Shown here one piece after another: positions 1 through 9,565 of a stretch of DNA of 19,374 nucleotides. Within the stretch, counting starts at the first letter, position 1. Every line of letters begins with the position of its first letter. Made by a program: the position numbers and the translations under genes. This DNA is from Thainema sp. GTDB lineage: Bacteria; Cyanobacteriota; Cyanobacteriia; Phormidesmidales; Phormidesmidaceae. Location: positions 108,138 through 127,511 of the forward strand of contig JBQLZK010000012.1 in NCBI GenBank assembly GCA_052168235.1. Reading direction: 5' to 3'. The notes under the pieces are model-generated. The model worked only from the letters and a program-made list of their open reading frames with translations. It ran no database searches and was not told the origin of the DNA.

Positions 1-204
1 TAGTCAGCAATTGCTTTTTCGTATTGCTCTAAATTTGAGTAAGCCCATCCTCGATTGTTATAAGCCAACGCATACTCAGGGTCGAGTTGAATCGCTTTCT
101 CATAGTCGGCAATTGCTTTTTCATATTGCTCTAAATTCGAATAGGTGAGTCCTCGATTGTTATAAGTCAATGCATGATCAGAGTTGATTTCAATTGCTTT
201 ATCG
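1..204 (-). repeat. 102-bp tandem TPR-coding repeat
   Basis: Positions 1-64 and 103-166 are closely similar (tagtc(a/g)gcaattgctttttc(g/a)tattgctctaaatt...cctcgattgttataag). The 102-nt period equals one 34-aa TPR. Confidence 0.85.
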
Positions 205-1217
205 TAGTCCAAAAGCGCCTTTTCATAATCTTGATTATAGATGGCATAAACGTTTCCTCTAAAATAATATATTATGCTCCGATTCGAAGCTGAAATACGG
301 AAACTCGTGTGTTCTAACGCATCGCTAAATCTCGCAATTGCTTCCTCTCCATTCTGGACAGAGTACTCAGCCATCCCTAGTGTGAATATCGTTAGAGATG
401 CCATCTCTGAAGAAAGCTGCGTCTGTAGTGCAAAGCTATTTAATTCATCTAGCGAAGCTGTCTTTATCTGGCCACCAGTCCTATCACCTAAGTCTGGAAA
501 ATATTCAGGTTCCTTAAAAACTTCGAAATTAGTACTGATTGCAACTGTGTCATCCGTCTTGCCATACCAACCCCAAATTAGGATATCGGCTTTATTCTTT
601 TCACCGATTTCGTGGGCAATATCACTGCCTTCCCGCTCTGTAATTGGTTGCCCCAGTGCTTTCACCTTCACATCGGGATACTCTTCCACTGCATCCCGCA
701 AGTTGCTCAAAATTGTATCCGTCACCCGGTAATTCTGCTCGTCTACTCCATCAAACTCTGCCACCAGAATCACTACATCTGTTGATGGTCGATTCTGCCA
801 CTGATACCAACCTGTAAAACCTGCCATACTCAGCAGCGGCACGGCAATTAACCCCACCCATGCCACTCGACGAATTTGCTCGCGTTGCCTTGCCGTCTTA
901 GCCTGCTCCGCCTCAAATTGTCGGTTAGCTTTCTCGTATTCATCATGTTTTTCCTGCGGTGCAAAATTGGAAGGTACTTCTGGTTTTAGCCCAGTGTCAT
1001 TCTTTTCCGGCTGCCAAAATCGCACGTAATACAAACACGCCAGCAGCAAACTGCCTATCGCGATAGCTAATAAGATTGGAGTGACAAGTCCTGTATTACC
1101 TTGCCAAAGCTGCACAAAGCTCACCACAGCAGCCACAAATCCCGTAACTGCTGTGAATCGTCCTACTATTGTTTGAAGCCATCGCTTGATTCCTGGCTGA
1201 GAATGATCGTTACCCAT
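1..1217 (-). CDS. Membrane-anchored tetratricopeptide-repeat (TPR) protein, 3'-truncated by the window edge
   Basis: Manual translation: ATG at 1217 (in-frame TAA at 1221-1223 just upstream) and an open frame to position 1. N-terminus MGNDHSQPGIKRWLQ. Three hydrophobic segments (FTAVTGFVAAVVSFVQLW; LVTPILLAIAIGSLLLACLYYV; VAWVGLIAVPLLSMAGFTGWY), an alpha/beta region (VVILVAEFDG...ADILIWGWYG), then canonical TPRs (ALTYNNRGLTYSNLEQYEKAIADYEKAIQLDPEY; ALAYNNRGWAYSNLEQYEKAIADY). Absent from the ORF track because there is no stop inside the window. Confidence 0.9.
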   Translation of the reverse strand, partial: MGNDHSQPGIKRWLQTIVGRFTAVTGFVAAVVSFVQLWQGNTGLVTPILLAIAIGSLLLACLYYVRFWQPEKNDTGLKPEVPSNFAPQEKHDEYEKANRQFEAEQAKTARQREQIRRVAWVGLIAVPLLSMAGFTGWYQWQNRPSTDVVILVAEFDGVDEQNYRVTDTILSNLRDAVEEYPDVKVKALGQPITEREGSDIAHEIGEKNKADILIWGWYGKTDDTVAISTNFEVFKEPEYFPDLGDRTGGQIKTASLDELNSFALQTQLSSEMASLTIFTLGMAEYSVQNGEEAIARFSDALEHTSFRISASNRSIIYYFRGNVYAIYNQDYEKALLDYDKAIEINSDHALTYNNRGLTYSNLEQYEKAIADYEKAIQLDPEYALAYNNRGWAYSNLEQYEKAIAD

Positions 1218-1312
1218 TGCTTATTGGTAGTATGCTTGTCACATTATCTTTCCACCAGTTTATTCAGTTCTTTATCGCTCTGTCCCGCAAAAACAGAGTG
1301 AATTCACAATTA

Positions 1313-1747
1313 CTATTCAGGGAAGAAAGCTTCATCCAGAACTTGTTCTAGGCTATAAGTACAGTCTGTCGGAAACGTTGCATAATCTAATCCCGTTTCT
1401 TGAACAGCTAAATCTTGACCTAATCGGTAAGCAACCGCCATCGCCTCAGAAATGTAGGGTTTAAGGCTAGGATTTTCATTTAGTAGTAAACGAATTCGAG
1501 TCCGCTGTTCGCGAATAGTGGCTCGCCAGCTATTCCCACGATTTGCAGGTTGATACTGCCACTTCAGTAGATGTCCCAGCAACACACTCAATCGATTTCT
1601 TAGCTCTTGCCGCTCTCGTCTCCCCAAGTCTTCTAGCTCCTCAATCAAATTGGGCAGATCCAGCTTTTCCCATGCCTGGTGTTTTAGCAGGTCAGCCTGC
1701 TTCTGCGTCCAAGCATAGAAATCCGTGTCGTACAGACTGGCCATCAT
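1313..1747 (-). CDS. DUF29 family protein
   Basis: 144 aa with the typical DUF29 signature LYDTDFYAW...LDLPNLIEELEDLGR...LLGHLLKWQYQP...SWRATIREQR...NPSLK...FP..C.Y. The start could be either Met (1747 or 1744). Confidence 0.92.
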   Translation of the reverse strand: MMASLYDTDFYAWTQKQADLLKHQAWEKLDLPNLIEELEDLGRRERQELRNRLSVLLGHLLKWQYQPANRGNSWRATIREQRTRIRLLLNENPSLKPYISEAMAVAYRLGQDLAVQETGLDYATFPTDCTYSLEQVLDEAFFPE

Positions 1748-1966
1748 CGTTCACCGTTGAGGAATGAAGAGAACTGCGATCGCACCCAATGAAACTGTTT
1801 ACCTGCAATTTCCCGAATCAAAGCTGATTTCGTTCATCATAATCTACCCACTCAAACTCAGAGATTCGTTCACTAACACGCCGTATATTTCTGCTGTAAT
1901 GAAGGTTCCGTTGTTCGATCCGGCGAATTTTTGTCAAGATGAAGCCAGTACCCTGTATATAAACGT

Positions 1967-2992
1967 ATGCCAGTTTCCCAATTTCCCGTGATCAACCCCA
2001 GCACAGGAAACGCGATCGACTATTTACGCATTAGCCTGATTGATCGCTGCAACTTCCGCTGCCAGTACTGTATGCCAGAGGGAATGGACTTGCAGTACGT
2101 CATGCAGCAAGACTGGCTGACGCGGGAAGAACTGCTGCTCCTACTGAGCGAAATCTTCGTACCACTAGGGTTTACCTGCTTTCGGTTGACGGGTGGAGAA
2201 CCGCTGCTGCGACCTGACATTGTCCAAATCGTGCAAGATATCGCCGCCATGCCCGAAACGCAGGACTTGGCCATGACGACCAACGCGTTTTTGCTGGCTG
2301 ACAAAGCACAATCGCTCTATGATGCTGGACTGCGACGCATCAACATCAGCTTGGATTCGCTTGACCCCGATACGTTTCAGCAAATTATCGGCGGCAAAGG
2401 TCAGTCGCGCTGGCAGCAGGTATGGCAGGGAATCCAAGCGGCGCATCAGGTAGGATTTTCGCCGCTGAAGTTAAATGTGGTGGTTATCCCAGGCGTCAAT
2501 GATCACGAAGTGTTAGACCTGGCCGCACTCTCGATTGACCGCGAGTGGCACGTGCGCTTTATTGAATTTATGCCCATTGGCAACCAGTCGCTGTTTGAGC
2601 ATAGAGGCTGGATTGATTCAGAAACGCTGCGGCAAAAAATCTGCGATCGCAATGGCTTAGAACCCGCCTACGTCACAGGCAATGGCCCTGCTGATGTCTT
2701 CCGCATTCCCGGAGCCAAGGGCACCCTAGGGTTTATCAGTCAAATGTCTGAATGTTTTTGCGATCGCTGTAATCGAATGCGCCTCTCTGCCGATGGTTGG
2801 CTGCGGCCTTGCTTGCTGAACGAAACGGGACAAATCGACCTACGTACGGCACTGCGGAGCGGTCAACCGATTGCCGCAATTCGTGACCAAGTCGGCGAGT
2901 TACTGCTGAGTAAGCCTGAAATTAACTACAAGCAGCGGGATTCAGGCACGACGGGAGCTTATAGTCGGACGATGTCGCAAATCGGCGGTTGA
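1967..2992 (+). CDS. moaA: GTP 3',8-cyclase MoaA (molybdenum cofactor biosynthesis, radical SAM)
   Basis: [19 protein letters not shown] (CxxxCxxC), [28 protein letters not shown]-terminal [10 protein letters not shown]...CL cluster and terminal MSQIGG. Confidence 0.97.
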   Translation: MPVSQFPVINPSTGNAIDYLRISLIDRCNFRCQYCMPEGMDLQYVMQQDWLTREELLLLLSEIFVPLGFTCFRLTGGEPLLRPDIVQIVQDIAAMPETQDLAMTTNAFLLADKAQSLYDAGLRRINISLDSLDPDTFQQIIGGKGQSRWQQVWQGIQAAHQVGFSPLKLNVVVIPGVNDHEVLDLAALSIDREWHVRFIEFMPIGNQSLFEHRGWIDSETLRQKICDRNGLEPAYVTGNGPADVFRIPGAKGTLGFISQMSECFCDRCNRMRLSADGWLRPCLLNETGQIDLRTALRSGQPIAAIRDQVGELLLSKPEINYKQRDSGTTGAYSRTMSQIGG

Positions 2993-3113
2993 TTCGCCGT
3001 GAATATTACAACTGAAGAGTTTGCAATAACGGCGAGCTAGTTTCTGATGAAATCAGCTGAGTAACGATGTTTGATTTGAATTTCAGTTGCGATCGCAGTA
3101 AGAATTAACACAT

Positions 3114-3133
3114 AAATACTCAAAAATACTCAA
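3114..3133. promoter_or_regulatory. Perfect 2x10-bp direct repeat (aaatactcaa), candidate regulator site upstream of the giant surface protein
   Basis: aaatactcaa-aaatactcaa in an AT-rich ~570-bp intergenic region. The repeat is seen directly; the function is inferred. Confidence 0.4.
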
Positions 3134-3563
3134 GCAAACTTAATGAATAATTAGGGCTGCATCCGCTAGATTTTGGATACGTTTAACTGTTTGATGCGTA
3201 GGGCCTGCATACATTTATTAATCGCTTTGCAGTGATGATAAGGCTCCCATACATTTTGTGGGTGATCTAATTTATACCGCCCTTTAATGCTAGGAAAATA
3301 TTATCGCTTGGCATTCAGGCTTTGCTGCTAATCCAAGTAAATCAATTTAATGGCTTTTGATTTTGAGGAATTGGCGTTTCTCTAAAAATTAATAGTAAAT
3401 CCAACTTGAATTATCTGTGAAGGCGTAGGCAACATGCTTTTCACAAATAATGGTTTGGGTACTTTATCAGTTAGGCTCAGCTTGATCGTACATTTCATGA
3501 AGCAAACAGAGCTGTTTGCCGCATCTGCTACCGTTCAAGTCCACCAACTTCATAAAAGTTATC

Positions 3564-6500
3564 ATGAATGCACCATCCCAATTGTCTTTAGCAAGTTCTA
3601 CCCTAACCATTGCACTGCTAACCGCACAAGAACGTCTAACAGAATTTGCATCAGAGACTAACTTTCTTGATGATTTGCACTTAGCCTTTGGCAATAATTT
3701 CTCTGTAGCAGAAGCTCTGGCCATACAAGATCAGTGGCTAAATTCTGATTTTACTGGTATCCCTCAGATTGAGATTCGTACTAGTGATGAGTTAAGGGGC
3801 GCATTTGGGGCTTATGCTGCCCTGACCGACACAATTTATATCAGCAAAGAGTTCTTAGAATATGCATCTACTGATCAAGTTGTAACTGTACTTTTAGAAG
3901 AAATTGGGCATAGTGTTGATACTCGTTTAAACCTTCAAGATTCTTTGGGTGATGAAGGGGAGATTTTCTCGGCTTTCGCATGGGGGCAAGAGCTCAGTTC
4001 GATTCAGCTATCAGCGCTCCAGGCCCAAAACGACACTGTCATCCTCAATTTGGATGGGATACTCATTCCTGTAGAAACCGCTTCTCTGATTGGAGAACAG
4101 GTTGATGTTGATGTTCGCTTCACGACGTTTGCTGATAATTTTGTTGATGTTTCCCTTTTTTCTACTACTTTCACTGTAGGGACAGGACAAGAGGTTACGA
4201 ATCAAGCTGTTAGTACAACATTTCAGGGAGGTGGATTTCCTCAAACTCTGAGTGGAAATATTAGTATTGATGTTAGCAGTGACACCATTTTTGCGCGCTT
4301 TGACGGCACAGCCCAACCAGGTGAGATCAAGTTTGTCTTTTCATCTTTGGTAGGAGGCACGGTAACAGGTGTCGTAAGTGCAACTGAGATTGCAAACTCT
4401 GGTGTCATAACAGGTGTCAATGCAACACGTACACCAACGGTTTCAAACAATATTGTCACGACCGGCTTTTTTCCATTCGGGTTTCAACCCGGAACTAACA
4501 TCACTCAAACTGTACAGCTTGGCTTTGGTTCACCCAACCAAGCCCCAAGTTTTAACGATGGAACCAGTACGATTCTCACGCTCAGTGAAGATAGCACGGC
4601 TATTAGTATCAACAGCCTGCTAGATATCACAGATGCCGACACCGGCAACTCGCTGACTTGGTCTATATTTAGCGGGCCTAGCAATGGTTCGCTGAGCGGG
4701 TTCAATGCCTCAGGGACGAGCAATGGCGGCATTGTGACGCCGACTGGGCTTACCTATACACCGACAGCAAACTACAGCGGCTCCGATAGCTTTGTTATCC
4801 GAGTCTCCGACGGAGTTGCGACGGATACGATTACGGTCAACGTTACGGTTAACAATGCTCCTGAGGTGAGCAGTATTAACCGGAGCGGATCTAACCCAAC
4901 CAGTGCCGATAGCGTCACGTTCAATGTCAACTTTTCTGAAAGCGTGACGGGAGTGAATGCTGGAGACTTCAGCCTTGCCACAACTGGCACAGCATCCGGT
5001 AGCATTGCGAGCGTTTCGGGCAGTGGCAGTAGCTACACCGTAACAGTCAATGGCATTTCCGGCGACGGTACCCTGGGTCTGAATCTGGTAGATAACGACA
5101 GCATTGCCAACGGCACCAGCGTTGCTTTAGGCGGTGTCGGCATATCAGGAAGTGGCAGCGGCAGCTTCACGGGCCAAACCTATACGATCGACAACACTGC
5201 ACCAAGCTTTACCAGTATTACCCGACAAACTCCAGCCACAGGCTTCACGAATGCTGACACGTTGGTATTTCTGGCAACGTTCAATGAAGCGGTGCAGAAC
5301 GTTGATGCCACAGACTTCACGGTTACGGGAACGACGGCTGGAATTACCAATGTCAATCCGGTCAGCGCTTCAACCTATGCAGTCACAGTTTCTGGAGGAG
5401 ACTTAGCCAACCTGAACGGTACAGTTGGCTTAAATTTGGCTTCAGGACAAAACATTCAAGATCTAGTCGGTCAAGCTCTGCCCAGTGGTGAGCCAACAAC
5501 AGACGAAACCTATGGTCTAGAGAACACGCAACTGGGCGACATCGTGATCACTGAGATCATGCAGAACCCAGGGCTTGTATCTGATGCCAACGGTGAATGG
5601 TTTGAGCTGTACAACGCTACAGGCAGCGATATCGACATTAACGGCTGGACGATTTTTGACAATGGTGCTGATAGCCACGTTATCAACAATGTTGGATCGC
5701 TGATTATTGCGGCAGGTGGCTACCTTGTTCTGGGTCGTAACGCTTCAACTGCTATCAATGGTGGTGTGGCAGTCGATTATGCCTACGGTTCGGCCATTAC
5801 GCTGGCCAATGCTGACGATGAGATTGTGCTGACGAACCGCGCTGGCGTTGAAATTGACCGTGTCGAATACGATGGTGGCCCTAACTTCCCAGATCCTATT
5901 GGGGCATCAATGGCCCTGCTCGATCCAGCGTTGAATAACAATGTCGGCAGTAACTGGGTCACATCGAACACACCGTTTGGCAATGGTGACCTGGGAACTC
6001 CGGGGGCGGCCAATGTGTTTCTGCCGACGATCAGCCTTACCACAAGTGATTCATCAGCCACAGAAGGCGCAGATACGGCTGTCTTTACTGTTTCACGCGG
6101 TACGGATACGGTGGGTGACCTGACGGTACTCATTGATCTGAGTGGCGATGCAGCAGCGACCGACTATAGCTTTAGCACGGGCACTGTTAGTAATGGTCAG
6201 TTGAGCGTTGTGATTCCGGCTGGTCAATCGAGTCTAGCTGTGACAGTTACGGCGACTGATGACGGCTTAGTCGAAGCGAATGAAACTTTAACGCTCGACC
6301 TTGCTAGTGATGCCGCCTATGTCATTAGTGGCACCAACAACAGCAGCGGCATTACGATGGTTAGCGATGATACTTCTCCGGTGGTCACAAGCATTACCCG
6401 TGTCGGTACGGAACTAACCAATGCGAGCAGTGTTGATTACACTGTTACATTTAACCGGGCGGTTGCGGGTGTAGACGCCACCGACTTTACGCTAACCACG

Positions 6501-9461
6501 ACAGGCATCACAGGGGCTAGCGTTACCAACGTTACCACCAGCGACAACATTACTTACACGGTCACGGTCAATACAGGCACAGGTGATGGTACGCTGCGGC
6601 TCGATCTCAGTGATGATAATTCGATCACTGACGGTGATACGAATCCGCTGGGTGGAGCTTTAACGGGTGACGGGGACTTTATCACAGGCGACAGCTACAC
6701 GATCGACAAAACGGTTCCAGTATCGCCAGTGATTGTCGGCATTGCAGATGATACGGGGTCATCTACCACCGATGGTGTGACGAGCGATCCAACACTCATT
6801 TTTAACGGTACAGCAGAAGCCAACAGCACTGTCGAAGTTGTACTGGATGGTAATTCGCTGGGCACAACGACCACTGATGGTAATGGCGATTGGAGTTTTG
6901 ACTATACCGGGACAACGTTGGGCGAAGGGACATATGGATTAGTTGCGATCGCAACCGATGCAGCGGGTAATGAATCCGACCCTACTACCACCTTTAATTT
7001 CACAATCGATACTACGGAACCCGGCACTCCAACCATTACGGGAATTAGCGATGATTCAGGCACGGCTGCCGATGGCATTACCAATGACAATACGTTGATC
7101 TTTAGGGGAACGGCTGAAGCCGATAGCAGCGTTGAAGTCTTTATTGATGGTGGTTCCATCGGCACGACGACCGCAGATGAAGCGGGCAACTGGAGCTTTG
7201 ACTATACGGGAACAACCCTCAACAACGGCACCTATATTCTGACCGCTGAAGCGACCGATGCTGCTGGCAATCTCTCTGCAACATCGACTGGTTTCGAATT
7301 TACAGTAGATACCACCGATCCACTGGCTCCCGTTACCGTTAGCATCACTACCGATACGGGGCTGTCTAGCACCGATGGCATCACCAGTGACACCACACTT
7401 GTCTTTGCTGGCACGGCTGAAGCCGATAGTACTGTTGAAGTATTGATTGATGGCAGTTCCGTTGGCACGACAACCGCAGATGGATCTGGCAACTGGAGTT
7501 TTGACTATCAGGGTACAACCCTAGCTGAAGGCACCTACACCGTTACGGCAACAGCCACCGATGCGGCTGGTAACGTTTCAGCGGTATCCACAGCCTTTGA
7601 TGTGACCGTAGATACCACTGCACCCACGGTCACAGCCGTAACGGCCAATCTGGCGACGATTCGAGACAGCAACATCGGTACTGGCACCTTCACCCTCACC
7701 GTGGATTTCAGTGAAGAGATGGATACCTCGGTTGAGCCGACGCTGTCTTTCCCGACGGCTGGTGAAGATCCTACGAATACGATTACGTTTGACTCCGGCC
7801 GTTGGCTCGACAGCGATACCTATGTGGCCACGTACAGCGTTGCCGATGCCAATGAGGTAATTAGCAATATCGACGTGCGGGTAGCGGGCGCACAGGATAT
7901 TGCTGGCAATACGCAAACTGCTTCGACGCAAGCTGATGAGTTCAGTATCTTAACTGAATCAATAGTTGAGTTTTCAGCCATTAACTTTGTTAGTGACGAA
8001 ACGGGCGGTACCAGTAATGCCGTGACGCTCACTCGAACCGGAGATACAAGCGGCACATCAACCGTTCAAGTCAGTATCACCGGAGGCTCGGCGACTGGAA
8101 ACGATACCGACTACACCAGCGGCGGCTTCCCGCTGACAGTCACCTTTAATGTCGGTGAAACCAGCCAAACCATTGCCATCCCCGTCATAGATGACAACCT
8201 GGTTGAGGGCGACGAAACCATCACGCTGAATGTGGCCAGCAGCAGTAATGCCACAATCGGCACGCAATCTGCAACAACACTAACCTTGCAAGACAACGAT
8301 ACGGCGACTGTCAGCATTACGAGTACAACTAATGCGGCGGAACCTGATACCGATGGTCAATTCGTCCTTTCAATGACTAACCCCAGCAGCGTCGATACCA
8401 TCATTAACTACACAGTGACGGGTAGTGCCACGAACGGGAGTGACTACAGTCAGCTCACGGGGACGGCTACAATTTTGGCCAATCAAACCAGCACGACAAT
8501 TGATATCGCGATGCTGGATGACAATCTGGTGGAAGGGAATGAAACGATTGTTCTTTCATTACAGAGTGTTTCCAGCAGCAATTCTGCCAGTATTCTGGTT
8601 GACTCGACGCCTGCAACCGTCACGATTACTGACGACGCACGCCTGTTCCAAACGACCGACGTAAATGGTGATAATCGCACGGATATCATCTGGCGCAATA
8701 CGGCAACCGGCAGTAATTCGCTCTGGACGATGGAGGGAGCGGTGCGAAAAAGCGCTACGTCCGTCTTAGCGGTACAGGATACGCGCTGGGAAATTGGTGC
8801 GATCGCAGATTTTGATAAAGATGGTCGCAGTGACGATATCCTTTGGCGACAGCGGGGTGAAGGCAAGCAAGTGATCTGGTTTATGCAAGGGGGCACTCGG
8901 GTCGGTACGGCTCCGATTACCACCTCAACCGGAGGAGCATCGAATGCGCCCAATTGGCAGGTGCCCGACAATTGGGAAATTGTTGGTGTGGGTAATTATG
9001 ACGGTCAAGAGTTCAGCGATGATTTAGTTTGGCAAGATCGCCATACGGGTGAGGTCGGTATTTGGCTGATGACAGGAACGCTGCGGACATCCATTACGCG
9101 GCTCGATTCGAATCCTTCATCAGCTTGGACATTGGCTGCTGTGGGCGATTTTGAGAACACCGGCATCTCCGATGATTTTATCTGGCGCAATCATCAAACC
9201 GGACAAACTAGCATCTGGATCATGGATGGGACAACGAAGAAGCGGGTTCAGTCGCTCGATACGCAAACTCTGTCAACGGCCTGGGAAATTCAAGGTGTTG
9301 GTGATTTTGACGGGCCATTTCAATCCTATGCGGATGACATTTTCTGGCGCAATACGCAAACCGGACAGTCATCAATTTGGTTTATGCAAGGAACAGGCCG
9401 GGCGGGGACAGCTGCTCTTGATCCACAGGTGACAGATACCAATTGGGTTCCGACTATGTAG
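3564..9461 (+). CDS. Giant modular extracellular/adhesin-like protein (EEIGH N-terminal domain, cadherin/Ig-like repeats, lamin-tail domain, Calx-beta, C-terminal FG-GAP/VCBS-like repeats)
   Basis: The ORF track gives 3516..9461; the first ATG in frame is 3564 (MNAPSQL). Approximate layout: LLEEIGH (3891-3911) and DSLGDEG; cadherin-like NQAP...YTPTANYSGSDSF (4536-4850); Ig-like (4851-5520, 6375-6715); lamin-tail IVITEIMQNP..DANGEWFELYN (5535-6020); Calx-beta-like DDxLVExxET (6025-6370, 7960-8635); three Ig repeats ending ATDAAGN..S (6720-7620); D-x-x-W-R/Q repeats (8655-9461). Confidence 0.9.
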   Translation: MNAPSQLSLASSTLTIALLTAQERLTEFASETNFLDDLHLAFGNNFSVAEALAIQDQWLNSDFTGIPQIEIRTSDELRGAFGAYAALTDTIYISKEFLEYASTDQVVTVLLEEIGHSVDTRLNLQDSLGDEGEIFSAFAWGQELSSIQLSALQAQNDTVILNLDGILIPVETASLIGEQVDVDVRFTTFADNFVDVSLFSTTFTVGTGQEVTNQAVSTTFQGGGFPQTLSGNISIDVSSDTIFARFDGTAQPGEIKFVFSSLVGGTVTGVVSATEIANSGVITGVNATRTPTVSNNIVTTGFFPFGFQPGTNITQTVQLGFGSPNQAPSFNDGTSTILTLSEDSTAISINSLLDITDADTGNSLTWSIFSGPSNGSLSGFNASGTSNGGIVTPTGLTYTPTANYSGSDSFVIRVSDGVATDTITVNVTVNNAPEVSSINRSGSNPTSADSVTFNVNFSESVTGVNAGDFSLATTGTASGSIASVSGSGSSYTVTVNGISGDGTLGLNLVDNDSIANGTSVALGGVGISGSGSGSFTGQTYTIDNTAPSFTSITRQTPATGFTNADTLVFLATFNEAVQNVDATDFTVTGTTAGITNVNPVSASTYAVTVSGGDLANLNGTVGLNLASGQNIQDLVGQALPSGEPTTDETYGLENTQLGDIVITEIMQNPGLVSDANGEWFELYNATGSDIDINGWTIFDNGADSHVINNVGSLIIAAGGYLVLGRNASTAINGGVAVDYAYGSAITLANADDEIVLTNRAGVEIDRVEYDGGPNFPDPIGASMALLDPALNNNVGSNWVTSNTPFGNGDLGTPGAANVFLPTISLTTSDSSATEGADTAVFTVSRGTDTVGDLTVLIDLSGDAAATDYSFSTGTVSNGQLSVVIPAGQSSLAVTVTATDDGLVEANETLTLDLASDAAYVISGTNNSSGITMVSDDTSPVVTSITRVGTELTNASSVDYTVTFNRAVAGVDATDFTLTTTGITGASVTNVTTSDNITYTVTVNTGTGDGTLRLDLSDDNSITDGDTNPLGGALTGDGDFITGDSYTIDKTVPVSPVIVGIADDTGSSTTDGVTSDPTLIFNGTAEANSTVEVVLDGNSLGTTTTDGNGDWSFDYTGTTLGEGTYGLVAIATDAAGNESDPTTTFNFTIDTTEPGTPTITGISDDSGTAADGITNDNTLIFRGTAEADSSVEVFIDGGSIGTTTADEAGNWSFDYTGTTLNNGTYILTAEATDAAGNLSATSTGFEFTVDTTDPLAPVTVSITTDTGLSSTDGITSDTTLVFAGTAEADSTVEVLIDGSSVGTTTADGSGNWSFDYQGTTLAEGTYTVTATATDAAGNVSAVSTAFDVTVDTTAPTVTAVTANLATIRDSNIGTGTFTLTVDFSEEMDTSVEPTLSFPTAGEDPTNTITFDSGRWLDSDTYVATYSVADANEVISNIDVRVAGAQDIAGNTQTASTQADEFSILTESIVEFSAINFVSDETGGTSNAVTLTRTGDTSGTSTVQVSITGGSATGNDTDYTSGGFPLTVTFNVGETSQTIAIPVIDDNLVEGDETITLNVASSSNATIGTQSATTLTLQDNDTATVSITSTTNAAEPDTDGQFVLSMTNPSSVDTIINYTVTGSATNGSDYSQLTGTATILANQTSTTIDIAMLDDNLVEGNETIVLSLQSVSSSNSASILVDSTPATVTITDDARLFQTTDVNGDNRTDIIWRNTATGSNSLWTMEGAVRKSATSVLAVQDTRWEIGAIADFDKDGRSDDILWRQRGEGKQVIWFMQGGTRVGTAPITTSTGGASNAPNWQVPDNWEIVGVGNYDGQEFSDDLVWQDRHTGEVGIWLMTGTLRTSITRLDSNPSSAWTLAAVGDFENTGISDDFIWRNHQTGQTSIWIMDGTTKKRVQSLDTQTLSTAWEIQGVGDFDGPFQSYADDIFWRNTQTGQSSIWFMQGTGRAGTAALDPQVTDTNWVPTM
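6720..7620 (+). repeat. Three tandem ~300-bp bacterial Ig-like domain repeats
   Basis: Three copies of DG(V/I)TxDxTL(I/V)FxGTAEAxSxVEVxxDGxSxGTTTxDxxGxWSFDYxGTTLxxGTYxxxAxATDAAGN. DNA similarity persists, e.g. ggcaactggag(c/t)tttgactat at 7185 and 7488 (303 nt apart). Confidence 0.88.
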
Positions 9462-9491
9462 CGAACCAGTTGAGGTGTGTAAGAACCTAAC

Positions 9492-9538
9492 TTATTTTTT
9501 GTGAAATGCTTGCTGAATAAGCATTTCACAAAAAATAA
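9492..9538. terminator. Perfect 20-bp inverted repeat, probable bidirectional terminator
   Basis: ttattttttgtgaaatgctt (9492-9511), 7-nt loop gctgaat, aagcatttcacaaaaaataa (9519-9538). Lies between convergent genes, 30 nt after the stop at 9461. Confidence 0.7.
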
Positions 9539-9565
9539 ATCATGGGTTTTCAACCAGACTTGATA

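Noticed and set aside
274..732. 152-aa plus-strand ORF
   Set aside because: Antisense shadow of the TPR gene; no recognisable motifs.
1748..1966. Possible Moco riboswitch or small ORF (1764..1991) upstream of moaA
   Set aside because: No convincing multi-stem structure seen by eye and the ORF has no motifs; a covariance-model search would be needed.
3516..3563. ORF-track start at 3516
   Set aside because: Non-ATG start adding 16 residues with no signal-like character; ATG 3564 preferred but unproven.
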